Shown: piece after piece, positions 49,891 to 62,792 of the stretch
Layout: every line of letters begins with the position of its first letter
Position numbering within the stretch: position 1 is the stretch's first letter
Assembly (NCBI GenBank): GCA_030141605.1
Contig: JAQGDQ010000104.1
Span: 310,001 to 374,000 of the forward strand
Direction of reading: 5' to 3'
Source of the DNA: Tubiluchus corallicola
Taxonomy: Eukaryota > Animalia > Priapulida
DNA length: 64,000 bases
Notes under the pieces: model-generated
The model's input: the letters and a program-made list of their open reading frames with translations, nothing else
The model's database searches: none
What the model was told of the DNA's origin: nothing
Position numbers and translations under genes: made by a program

Positions 49891-50402
49891 TTAGGTTCCT
49901 CTATTGTGGCGCTGATGTAGGACAATCACACAGATACCAAATAAAGCCGAATGTATGAGAACCTCGTTCATGTTATACTTCTTGAACTCTCACGTAGAGC
50001 CACTATCCAGTCAATCGTTTCCACAACCGTGGCTTCTATTACAGCTGGACTGCACATCTCATCGTCATGAAATTCTGGGTTACCGTCCAAACAGGCAAGA
50101 ACAACGAAACTATAGTGTCCCAGTGGCAAAGTTTTTAATAAATCTGTGCTTGTAATGGACCCGTTTTCATCTATGACAAAATAGTCACGCATAGTAAGTA
50201 ATTTAAACTTGGCTTCCTCTGGAGTTCCTTTCACTCTGACTTCTCTAACATTATCCACTGAGTTATCAGTATCAAACGTAAAATTGTACGAGTTTCTCGA
50301 AAATGTCGGTTCCTCACAATTTTCCTTCAAAACCACTACCTCAGCATCTGTCTCCCTAACCCCATCTGAATTTGTAGCCGTTGCAAAAAATCGTTTAGTT
50401 CC
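49891..50402 (-). pseudogene. 3' fragment of an A-like cadherin pseudogene (EC5, broken TM helix)
   Basis: VLKENCEEPTFSRNSYNFTF...LLTMRDYFVIDENG...CSPAVIEA matches gene A; deletions destroy the TM segment; the 3' flank 49765-49890 matches 26005-26128. Confidence 0.9.
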
Positions 50403-50600
50403 AAAAAGTTTCTGTGCAAAGTCATATTACTTTGCCTTAAACATACCAGTTTGAAAGATTGATGTACCTAGAAAACAACATTCTTAGTAATTTAAAATCT
50501 TCGTGGTAACAGCTAAAACGCCACTGACTTACTTTCCTAGTGTGCATCACTGACTCACAAAAAACATTTTAATCACTGTTTTTAAAACTTGTGTAAAATC

Positions 50601-51246
<646 letters not shown>

Positions 51247-54018
51247 TACAAAATTTTATTAGTTAATGCAGGCCATGTGCAGTACATCGGTAATACATAA
51301 AATTTCAAGACGCATTTCTTTAACTTTATGGGTTTTCTTGTCCTTTAACAAAGTTCAGTTCAAACAGTGATAGAACTAACAAAATACGTCACAATATGCA
51401 CTGCACAATGAATCTGCATTAAAATTCCATGTACAGCGTTGTGTTTGATGAAACAACATTGTGCTATTTTTGCAACTTCAAATATCTGTTGAACAGAGTG
51501 CCATTTCATAGTAATCAGTCAATAAGGTAGGAGAGCGGAACAGAAATTCTTCAACTCATTGCCTAGTCATTATTTACACAGTAGTGCTATACTTGACTTT
51601 AAATCGCTGTCCCCGCTTCACCACGCTTCCCGCAATGGTGCTGCCACGTGATGTCACGTCAAGGTCACGGCTGAGTGGTTTCGCCCTAAAGTAGAGCTGT
51701 GAAACTGGGCTTCCTTGTTGATAAGCTGTACGGCCTTGATTTCAGAGTTTTGTTTGTAAACAATCTGACGCGATCCAGAAGCGCTGTGTAAACAATTTCG
51801 AAACTAGTGATCATAACTGATTTGTGAAGACACAACATCTTTTAGATGTGAGAAGTGAAACATGTAACGTTCATTACGTCCACAATTGACTGATTCTCTA
51901 AAGTTATAAATTGAAATTTTAAAAGATTTGTAAGTTTTAAGCCAGTTTACGATTTTCGAATTTCACTTTGCGGATGGTTAAAAAACTTAAAATTTTGTTA
52001 TCTAGCGCATAAAAGATATAATTTATTTGTTTTATTTTATTTAAAATTTATTTCAGTACAATTGTACCATAAAACAAATGCACAAATACATTTAGATATA
52101 AAAGGTGATTTTTATGTACCAGGTATACATATATAAAAAGTACAAGGTTAAAAAACTTAAAATAAAATATGATTTGTTAGTTTAACAATGACAGAACTAA
52201 TTAGAAATAAGCAGAATATCAGAGATATTCAGAATATTTACATAAAATGTCATTAGTACTAAATAGAAATCCTTGACATAAATCGTACGTGGATTTTCAC
52301 AAAATTACTTTAAAGTGGGGACAATAGTTTATAGTAATTTGTGTACACAAGGTGCATAGTAGAGTGTTGACAGCATTGTATTTAGGGATCAGGTTAGGAA
52401 CAGCACAGAGGTTGGTCAGACAAAAAAGGTAAACCAGGTTCGATTCTCACTCTGTGTGGTTTCATTCACTATTCTGATTCAGGTTGTTTACTTTGCACAG
52501 GCTGGAGGACGTATTTACATCAGAAAGTGCCTAAGTCACCCTTGTTAGTTTATTGTCTCATATTAGAGGTACAGCTTTGAGAATGAGTCGGGTTTCGGTC
52601 GCGCCACAAACATCTAACATGAGGCTCTGTTGATGAGTGCTGATTCTTGCTTGCAGTCGATTCAATTGTATCAATAGCATAGGTCTACATTGCTCTACTA
52701 GGCTAGTTCAGGCGGCTTCTTTGAACAATGTAAACAAGTACATCTTGTTTACATAAATATTGTAAACACGCAAATGCACTGTGCTTTTATTTATGATCCA
52801 TTAAACAGCTATCAGTGTTTACAATTGTCCCGCGGTTGTAGCTCATAACCATCCTATTTTCAAACTTCCAGCCCTTTTTATGCATGTACAATTCAATACT
52901 CTGTGAAAGTTAAATTCAGGACTCAGTTCAGGGACGAGTTGTGGCTGTGGCTGCACCAATGCTTGCGGCAGAACCGAAATCTAGCTCGTTGTCAAGGAAA
53001 ACCTCCAAGATGAAGCACCATAACGACAGAGGTGTCTCAGGTATTTTCGAATGTAAATACGCCTGACCTCAACGAACAAGCAGCCAGAATTTAGTAAGGT
53101 GAATGAAGCCACACACAACGAGTCTTAGACCCTGCAATTACTCATCCATTCACTAAGTAACTTTAAAGCTGCTTAAATTCGATCAATAGCTATGCACCGT
53201 GACTGATTTTTCCCAATTTATACGTCTATGCTTGGTAAACTAAGCTCGCTGGGCAAGACATCAACTCATTGAACTAGCTGAAATTAGTGAAATTAGTTGA
53301 AATTAGGTTCTAGAGTTAAGCAGTGTTTATTCAGTTGCAGACCAGAGGATGGGTGATCGACCATGTTTCAATCGGCTGTAATTAGCTTTTTAATTACGAA
53401 ATACTGTACACCTGGGTGTCTACATTTTTAACTGTCTGCAACAATAACAAAATTTTATTGTCAGTCAAAGCTTTTTCCGTAAATCATTTACATTTCATCC
53501 TTCGCCGGAATCTGTTTTTCCTTTACACTGTGCGTATACGTGCTGAAACATTTCGCTGAACATAAATTGCACTAAAGTAAATTATGGTGAAGCTGCTGTT
53601 GTTGCTGATGATGATAACGATGACGACGACAACGATGATGATGATGATCTACTAGTCCACCAGGGCGATACAGACTTTTCATGGCTAATTTTGTATTCAT
53701 AAGCATGCAATACAGAGCAAGAATTGCCTCAAGCAGTAGCAATAGCTATTTTGCTCATTACAACCATATTTTGAGGTACATAAGTTCATTCTCTTTTAAC
53801 AGAAAAAATAAAGTGCAGGCAGATCAAAATGGCTAGACAAGATTTCCCAATCACTCTATGCCTCACTCGAATTTAATGCGTGAATGACCTCCGTCAAGGC
53901 CTGCGAGTGTAATGTGTTAAACTACTTTCGTAAAACCGATGTCACCTGACACCTGTTGTTCTGATTAACTGCGTCACCTAATTAATGACACGCATTGTTC
54001 CTTTCTGTAATTTTCCTG

Positions 54019-54156
54019 CATTGTTAATCAACCCCTGCAAGTCCATTGTTAATCAACCCCTACAAGTTCATTGTTAATCAACCCCTACAAGTCCATTGTT
54101 AATCAACCCCTACAAGTCCATTGTTAGTCAACCCCTACAAGTCCATTGTTAGTCAA
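54019..54156. repeat. 25-bp minisatellite, ~5.5 copies
   Basis: cattgttaatcaacccctacaagtc repeated. Confidence 0.92.
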
Positions 54157-54589
54157 TATAAATTGATTTTCTTTCGCAATTCATAGTCGATTATTACCAA
54201 AATAGAAAGCTTTCTTCTTTGTCACATTGTGCCCCACCAGTCCACAAAGTTTCAAGATAGTGGGTTTGGGGAGGGGGGTCCTATTAACAAACAATCGAAC
54301 AAATAAACAAGCAAATAAACTAGCCAAAAAACAATCAAACAGACAAACGTCGGTAAAAATAAATAGCTCCTTGGCGGAAGAAGTTTGATCAACTTGGTAA
54401 TTTGATCAACTTCAGCAATGTAAAACTACTTACCCACCAAATAAAATTTAGGTGTTTTTATTTATCATTTAGTTGGAAGTAGGAGATTTTGAACGTTTTT
54501 AACGACTTTTAACCCCCTGGAGGGTGAGGCCCCAGGGAAGTATTCCCACTTCCCCCGCCCTTGAAATAGGGCCTGATTGTTAGGGTGGG

Positions 54590-54967
54590 CGTTTGAAATG
54601 CATTTCAAAATCACAACAGTCTACAATTGACCAGTCTCTCTGAGAAATTCACGTACATTTTGCCTGGGTACAAGAAACACTCCCTTGTACAGCCACACAT
54701 TGAACAGGTTCCATGGATCAGACTCTATGGTAAACTTATAAGATCCCCGGTAATGAAGGAAAATTTTGAACTGATTAAAACTAAAAGTGGCGCTCCTTTT
54801 CTGAAGTTGTCAGCCATTGGTATTGAACTTACTAGTGGCAATTCTGAATCTTCGCAATAGTATGTTAATGTCGGAACTATAAAAGCAAACAAAATTATTG
54901 TGATTGCTACAAAATTGACAAGTGTCACGGCATTGCCCCCAAAAGCATTAAATACTTGAATTCGCAT
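54590..54967 (-). pseudogene. Divergent (subfamily C) cadherin-like pseudogene: signal peptide plus EC1
   Basis: Hydrophobic leader then YCEDSELPLVSSIPMADNFRKGAPL (compare VCKGAFPENKEVMITENNKAGSSV); after a frameshift near 54785 the strand reads ...NLFNVWLYKGVFLVPRQNVREFLRETGQL*TVVILKCISN (compare LYKV...LILKQDVSTFLKSQ...IHLKCIKSSN). Confidence 0.65.
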
Positions 54968-57164
54968 GACGACGTGTATTTCTGTGTTCAGTATGGAATG
55001 AAAGACCCTGCTCTAAGTGTGCCAAGAACGAAACGCCGATATTAGTACTTTCATATTGTGCCACAACAGTAAGTAAACTATCGCGAGAATTTCCAGTTAG
55101 ATCAATAACTTGTGTTATCCTCGACCCACTTTGTAATTGTTATTATGCAGATTCTTGACTCCTCTTTAACAGTAAGGTTTCACGAAAACAATAAAAAAAC
55201 AACATGGCCTACGTAAAAACAATGACCTGATGTGTTCGTTTTCGTCTTTGTTCTCAAAGTGAAAAAAGAGCTTTTGCGCAAACGTTTAGTTGTGATTCTC
55301 AGCCATTTAGATCTGCGTTGGCGTAACCGATAATAAAGACACAGGAAAAAGGTCGCAGAGAAAGTTTCGATTTTGGCTAGGAAAGACAGTCAGGTATCAA
55401 ACGAAAACATTCAAGTCAGTCAATATTTTATTTAAGTACCATAAACAATTAAAGTAATAAAACAGAAAATACTTTAACTGATAATACACGATTTGTACAT
55501 CTTGACAGCACTATTTATATAAGATGGCATTACATGTATGTGAAAAAAAATCACGTTTTGTTCTATATCTTAGGGTTAAGGTCAAGGATTAGGGCTAGTG
55601 TTAGGGTTATTGTTAGTTCTTTTTCTTGTGACTTTTTTACCTGTGACTTTATTGCCTGGTTTCGCCAGTGGGCTTACGTAGGCAGACATTTTAGTTGCTG
55701 GTTGTCTTGCTGGTTGTTTTTTCTGGTTGTTTTTTTCACATTTTTCTGTATCCCATACATCCCATTCACGAAGTTTATGATTTTCAACCCCGCACTATTT
55801 CTTATTTTATTTCTGCTGCAATTAAGCAAATTTATAGAGCCATATTGGGCACAACAGCTGGTCTTGAATTTATTTTTGTTATTATTATTATGAATTTATT
55901 TCGTATAAACATAGTAGACATTAGTAATATTTCGACTACGTTATTAGAGTTAGCTGTCATTCACCAATATGCTAGCCGTTTGAGCAACTTCTTTCAATGT
56001 TCCGACTGGATAAGCAAAACTAGATTACATCTGAGAGTCAATTTTACTATTGTAGTGTGTATCACAATTTTACTGTTGTAGAGTGTGTCACAATAATCGA
56101 CGAGGCTACAGCTCCAACGACGGCGCCATACTCGACGATCTATACATCAGTCGAATCGGTCCCACCGGGAGCTACGGGGGCGAAAAACCCCCAAAATGGC
56201 CATTTTTGGCCGTTTATATTACATTTATTTACATAGTAGCATAGCTTTGGAATTCTCAATGTGCAATACATTGCAATTTTGTCACAAAAATTAATTTTCG
56301 ACTGTCTATTAAATAATTCGCAGGCATTGTTCCACAAAAATACATAAACAATTTGACGCTTTTATTTTGTCTAAAACCGAATATTTTCTATAAGCAGTGT
56401 TCCATTTGTGTAAATAAAAATATGATTATTCAGTCATCAACTCTGCGAGTCGCATTTTTTTCAACTTTTTAAATCCAAATGAGTTGAATACCCGAAAAGT
56501 ATTTGTCCTGTTATATTGAAATTTTAGATGGATAGGAGAATTTTATAGAATGTTGTTTGTTCAAGGCAAAAAAGTTGTCACAAAAAAATCGCTAATTGGG
56601 TAATTAATTAAAGCTGTCTTATTAATTAACTTTAAGTTATCCAATAAGCCTTTTCACAGTTCCAGCCACTGATGATGATCGTGAAAAGGTCAGAGGGTAA
56701 GTGTACCAGACAACGCATTTGTGTACACCCGACAACGTGTAACAGTAATAGTTTTAACAGCAAGCTAGAACCTTACCTAGTTCATCTTTTTCTTGTTCTA
56801 GCAAATTCTACACGTATGCTAAGCATAATTAAGCCTGCGTAAAGCAACTAAAGGTGTTGAACTGATGCAGCAGACTGCTTTGCTTTACGCACATGTAACA
56901 TTACGGTTGTAGTCAAGACGCGTTGCTGTGATACACTTTTGACCTACAAGAACAGCGTGTGCGCACAACAAAACTGTGAAAAGGCTCATTACAAAAATAT
57001 TTGCCCAATCCAATCATCTAAGTGAAGTGAAATTTCATATGATGATTATATAGGATGTCTGTTTGGAATTTTAAGACTTTTTTCATATATCATGTTAATA
57101 GATTTCTTTTCTGCAAACATGCATACAAACGTTTTACGACATGAGAACGTCTCCGCAATTCGAC

Positions 57165-58271
57165 AGCTTAGAGCGGAATTATTGGACGAACTCAACAGGC
57201 AAAACTTTCGTCTACTTGGCTTCGATCACATGATATATTAAAGCATAAAACGGTGTCATTTAACATACAGCTAAAATTTGATTTCAAAACAGGTATTTCA
57301 TCAAACAGCACAATTAATTTTTTATAAAAATGGAAAATAATTCATAATAAAATTATACGGTTTAGGAATTAGTTACATAATCTGGGTAATAACAAGCCTG
57401 AGCGTCACACTGGCTAAAGATTAATGTCCAAGAGCAGAGCCATCTTGGACATTGTATCGTCTGTACTTCAAGAACCATAAAACGTATGAAGACGAAACCC
57501 ATTTTGCCCGTGGATAGCCACTATGGCGGACAATACTGACTGTGAATAAGACGTCGTCACCTGCATTATTTGGGAACAGCGAAAAGAAAACACTCACTAT
57601 AACAGTGCTGTACACTTTTCAAAACTTCAATCATATTTAAGGTCTCAAAAAACGCCAGCTCCTTACCACTAGTGAATTGATAGGACAATCTTTGCAGGTG
57701 GCGCTTCTTGCAGGAGTAACTGCTTCTCAAACATGGACAACATATTTTGATGATTTTCGGGTCATGCCTCAGGCGGGTCAAAGGGTCACGACCCGAAATT
57801 GTAAGCTAAGATGGCTCTCAACCCTAGCTACAAGCACGCCAAATTTCGTGGAATATATCTGCCTAGTTTTTGAGTTGTTCCACAAAGATGCGTATCTCGG
57901 GAACTAAACATCGCAAAACGAAAACAACAGCAGCATTCTGAGTGTTAAATTTTCGACCGGACATCATTTTTAGCCGTTTTCTGGCTAATTAAAACTGGAC
58001 TCGCAATATTGGCGCAGTGCATCAAATTCTTCATTTCATTGTTCATCCAATGCTATATGACACGCTTTTGTAGGACTTATATTTTCCGTTCACAAAGCGT
58101 TCAAATGAAACAAAGTCGATACATAAGATATCAATGGTTACTTATACATGTAGGTAAGTTAAGTATTCGTTACCACACTGGCGAAAAGATAGGCTGGCGA
58201 AAAAGTAGACTGGCGAAAAGATAACTGGCGATACGACATGCAATCTAATTACAGGATGGGGAGGTAGCACA
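57165..58271. repeat. Recent segmental duplication, copy 1 (upstream region of gene B2); copy 2 at 62793-64000
   Basis: Near-identical collinear sequence; ORFs 57421/57566 correspond to 63016/63197; both end at gatggggaggtagcaca. Confidence 0.95.
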
Positions 58272-58795
58272 TACATAATTTAATGGCTTTATATTTTCAA
58301 TGATGTTGGCTGCCAGTGACGTAATTAGCATTATGTATAACCTCCATCCAAGGTAACATTCTGTTTAACGAAGACAATGCATTTAAAAAGACAAAAATCA
58401 ACAAAAGAGATTTTTGGAATGCATTAATCCATTTTCCATACTACATTCGTGATGGTTTAACGATAATTAGCAAAGCAAAGTTTGTTCCAGGGAAGTATTA
58501 GAGGCAGTTTCACATTTCTAGATTGAATTGAATTTATAGTGAATTTTATAATTACATTTGTGCACCAGTGCAATCAAGGCCACACTTACTACACAAACTT
58601 AGACAGCCTCACATGAGAATTAGAAATAGCACAATACGTTGATTTCTTACCTGGATGTGCACTTTTTGTGCTGATCGTTTCACACTAAAATTAATGTCTG
58701 TGTAACTAGATTAAATTTAACAATTACAGCTGAAGGATACTTTACTTATTATTTAGGAGAAATTATAGCCATCAACTTGTGAAAGTATTGTCATC

Positions 58796-60724
58796 ATGAT
58801 TTACACTAGAGGTATCTGCCTTGGCGTTGCAGCTGTCATAGTAACGATGGTAAATTTCAAAGCAACACTGGCCTTAAACGCGTGCCAGGATGCATTTCCT
58901 GAAAACAAAGAAGTGATGATAACTGAAAACAACAAGGCAGGGTCAAACATGGAACTCTTCGATCGAAATCCAGCGTATATAATAAGGCCTACATCTCCCA
59001 ATCAGCTCTATAAAGTAGAATGCAAATATAAATCACAGTTGCCTAATGGAATCAGTAAGTACGCCTACTATCTTATACTAAAACAGGACGTATCAAAATT
59101 TCTCAAATCACAGAGGTCGTCAGATAGAAAGGAGGTGATGGAAATACACCTAAAATGCATCAAAGTGTCAAATATATTCGAACCTGATGACATGGTAGTG
59201 AAAGTTAAGATTAAAGTGAACAACAATCATGCACCAAATCTTGCAGAGGGTACACTGACCAGATATTCCATAAAAGAGGACACCTTAGTTGGAACAAGAG
59301 TAGCACACTTTACAACCGTCGATAGTGACCTGATGGCACCAACCAATTCTTTTACGGGTTGCTGGCAAAAGGAGAGTAACTCCAAGTTCGAAACGAAACA
59401 CCTACAAGGTACTAGGGAGTGTGAGATATTCTTGCAAGTAGAATTGAACTATGACCAGCAGGCACAGCATACGGTAACTGTCGTTATAAGAGATACAGCT
59501 CCACGTAATCAAAGTACTTCAGCTGGTGGTGCGATTCCACGGGAAACAACCAGCACATTTACTTTTGATGTAGTAGAATCCAACGTAAATCCCGTGTTTG
59601 ACGCAGAAATGTATTATGCCACGATAAAGGGAAATGACACAGTGGGAACGATAGTAAACGTTGAGCCAAACAGAATTTTGGCCTTGGATGGCAGAACGAG
59701 AAAACAGAATGCAAACATAATATATAGCCTGGAAATTGATGATAAACCTTTTCGACTTGTCAATGCAGATAACAAAGAAGGATCTGGGGAAACTGTAGGA
59801 GACATAAAAATCATTGGAAGAATCACGGAAACCGAGTATTTTATGCCAGTCAAGGCCTCTTACAGAAACCGAAAGCCAAACGAGCCTGAATACTACACTG
59901 CAATTACAGGTATACTCATTACTGTAGAACCTGAAGGAGCACCGCCCGCATTTACTCAGTCAAAGTACAAAGCTACCGTACTGGAAAGCCTTCCAGTAGG
60001 TCGGGAGGTGCTGCTTCTGCAAACCCAAGATTCAGTCCAGTCAAACATCCCCAAATTTACTTACAGTCTGCAGACGAATACTGGCAATCCTGTAACTGAG
60101 TTCATAGTCGACAGTAATGGCATTGTCAAAACTACTAAAGCACTAACTCCAGGGATAAAAAAATTTCGTGCAATTGCTACAGGTACAGATGCGACCAGAA
60201 CAGCTGATGTTGAGGTAACTGTGTTGAAAGAAACAAGAAAAAATCCAACATTTTCAAGTGCTACATATGACTTCAAATTTGCTATTAATGTTTCTGAAGG
60301 TCAAGTCTCTTATGACGAAGGCAACCCTCCTATAGTGCGAGTGACATCCCAGGAAGATGTTACATTTAAGATACTTACTATGGACGAGTATTTCGTCATT
60401 CATGATAAAACAGGTTTTATTACGAGCACAGATCTGATTTTAACTTTGCAACTGGGAAAATACAGTCTCATTGTCCTTGCCTGTGCGGCAGGGAATCCTA
60501 AAATTGGGGAAGACGAGAGGTGCAGCGCTGCTCAAGTAATTGTCACAATTGTAGAGAAAATTGAAGGCTGGATACAGGCTTTGCGTGACGAGCCAACAGA
60601 TGCACAAAGTTATCGCCTGAATGAGGTTCTCATACTCAGTGCATTTGCAGCAACTTTGTTCAGCATCATATGCATTTTGACCTACCTGATTACTTTGCAC
60701 CGCCGCCATATAATGGAGACCTAA
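58796..60724 (+). CDS. Single-ORF cadherin-like surface protein, subfamily B (B2, 642 aa)
   Basis: Paralogue of B1 in inverted orientation with the same architecture (NNNHAP linker, ELNYDQQ, PVFDAEMYY, ESLPVGREV, TM helix plus HRRHIMET); 3' flank homologous to B1 with aataaa at 60975. Confidence 0.88.
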   Translation: MIYTRGICLGVAAVIVTMVNFKATLALNACQDAFPENKEVMITENNKAGSNMELFDRNPAYIIRPTSPNQLYKVECKYKSQLPNGISKYAYYLILKQDVSKFLKSQRSSDRKEVMEIHLKCIKVSNIFEPDDMVVKVKIKVNNNHAPNLAEGTLTRYSIKEDTLVGTRVAHFTTVDSDLMAPTNSFTGCWQKESNSKFETKHLQGTRECEIFLQVELNYDQQAQHTVTVVIRDTAPRNQSTSAGGAIPRETTSTFTFDVVESNVNPVFDAEMYYATIKGNDTVGTIVNVEPNRILALDGRTRKQNANIIYSLEIDDKPFRLVNADNKEGSGETVGDIKIIGRITETEYFMPVKASYRNRKPNEPEYYTAITGILITVEPEGAPPAFTQSKYKATVLESLPVGREVLLLQTQDSVQSNIPKFTYSLQTNTGNPVTEFIVDSNGIVKTTKALTPGIKKFRAIATGTDATRTADVEVTVLKETRKNPTFSSATYDFKFAINVSEGQVSYDEGNPPIVRVTSQEDVTFKILTMDEYFVIHDKTGFITSTDLILTLQLGKYSLIVLACAAGNPKIGEDERCSAAQVIVTIVEKIEGWIQALRDEPTDAQSYRLNEVLILSAFAATLFSIICILTYLITLHRRHIMET

Positions 60725-62052
60725 TGAAATGTATTCCTCTGCATCTAAACAAACAGACATTTTTGGGTATTTTAGTTGTTAATTACAATGTTCCTTTTGA
60801 TAACAATATTAAGTTTAAGGCTTATATTACAACAGTCAGCTGTTTTAGGTTCGTCAGTTTTGTGAGTGTCTGCAGTCTGACTGATTCGTGCTTCACAATT
60901 TTCAGCTATTTGCAATGTTTCGCTTATAATTGTGCTTGCTCATACGAGTCACATTTTGAAACACTTAGCTACATAATAAAATTTGCAGTCAAAAATCTTT
61001 CATATTTCTGTCATATTACTGGTTATAATTTTTATTTCTGGAAAATATTCATTTGTTATAGGGCTGCTGATTTACTTTGTCAACAAGTAAATTCCCCGTT
61101 TCTTTGAATTTGTATTTGTATTTATCATGTACAATCTGCCAGTGTATAGAACTTCCGTGTTAGAGCTCACACTTGCAGCAACTTTGGACGGCCACTCAGT
61201 AAACTCTCTGACTAGCTCGTACTCAGTCTCTGGCAAGACAGACTCTTAAACTGCTTTTAAGAAATAAAAATTCACAATTGTTAACGTGATTCTGAGACAA
61301 GGATCGAAAAACTTCCAGTGCGTTTTAATGCTCACTCGACCAAATTAATGAAAAATAGAAATTTTTGCTTTTGATTAAGAATGCACGTTATGTAACATAA
61401 AATAGCTGCTACTCCAAGTGTTAGTCTTATATTTGCATAAAATGGGTTGTATCACTGCTTCACCATTCTTGCTTCCATCAGTATTTCGTGTGCAGCACAT
61501 ACAATTTGCTTAGATAAGTAACGTTATGAAAAGCAACATAAATTTTAAACTGAGTTCGTAAAGGTTACTCAAACTACATGTTATGTTATGCTATTATGTT
61601 GCACGCGAAATGTTGACAGCAGTAAGTATTTAGTCAACTGGAGCGAAAATTACTTTCCTGTATCTAGTACAAGTTCCAAAAGTGTCAACCAGCCCAAATG
61701 AGGCAGTGAACGAGGATTCACAAAATTTGAGCTTACTGGACACTGTAATTTGTAGCAAAATATAAAGAAAGTGCATGACCAGTCTCACGTATCCAGACCA
61801 GTGCCTTGAACCCAAATGACCACGTACAATTTTTTTGTGCCAAACGGTCACCTCCAAGTGACCTGTCCCTTTGACTGTATCGAAGGGAATTATTGTTTGT
61901 TCTTCAGCCAATCTCTCGTGTGTTATGCCAGACGGCCATTTTAAAACTCTCGGTAGCATCTATAGTTCTGGGTGAAGGTTAATGAAAAATTTACAGTTTA
62001 CCAAAGTTTAAGAATTCTTGCTAGTAACAGCACTGTTAGCAAACTAGTATAG

Positions 62053-62345
62053 TATGGTATGGTATGGTATGGTATGGTATGGTATGGTATGGTATGGTAT
62101 GGTATGGTATGGTATGGTATGGTATTTTATGGTATGTAATGGTATGGTATGGTATGGTATGGTATGGTATGGTATGGTATGGTATGGTATGGTATGGTAT
62201 GGTATGGTATGGTATGGTATGGTATGGTATGGTATGGTATGGTATGGTATGGTATGGTATGGTAAGGTATGGTATGGTATGGTATGGTATGGTATGGTAT
62301 GGTATGGTATGGTATGGTATGGTATGGTATGGTATGGTATGGTAT
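62053..62345. repeat. (ATGGT)n pentanucleotide satellite
   Basis: Directly visible. Confidence 0.98.
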
Positions 62346-62471
62346 AGTATAGTATAGTATTACTATAGTTTTTTGAGAAATCTCAAACTCCATGTTGTGC
62401 TAACTAGAAATACGAATTTAGGATTGAAATGCGAATTGTGAAGTCTATGAAGGAGCAAGTTCCAGACAACT

Positions 62472-62778
62472 AAGTCGCTAGCGTTCAGTTCTAGTTTTCT
62501 TGCAACCCGCTTCCTCACACACAAACCCACATGGTGCACTTGTAAAGCACCAATTATGAAATTAAGGGATATTTATTTGGAAAAACAAAGAACAGTAATC
62601 TGTTGAGGTACAAAAAGCCAAATTACATTTTCAGCCACAAAAGTCGCTAGTGTTCAGTTCTAGTTTCCTGGCTACCCGCTTCCCCACACACAAATACACA
62701 CGGTGTATTTATAAAGCACCCGTTATGAAATTAAGAGACATTTATTTGGCTAATCAAAGACAGTAATGTGTTGAGATG
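62472..62778. repeat. ~169-bp diverged tandem duplication
   Basis: aagtcgctag.gttcagttctagttt at 62472 and 62641 with collinear continuation. Confidence 0.85.
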
Positions 62779-62792
62779 CAATTATAATTATT

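Noticed and set aside
57421-57907. Short ORFs in the duplicated block (also 63016-63412)
   Set aside because: Frames are not preserved between the two copies and there is no recognisable motif.
58300-58325. CWLP as GPCR TM6, and TGACGTAA as a conserved CRE upstream of all three cadherins
   Set aside because: CWLP is flanked by stop codons; motif retention among recent duplicates is not evidence of function.
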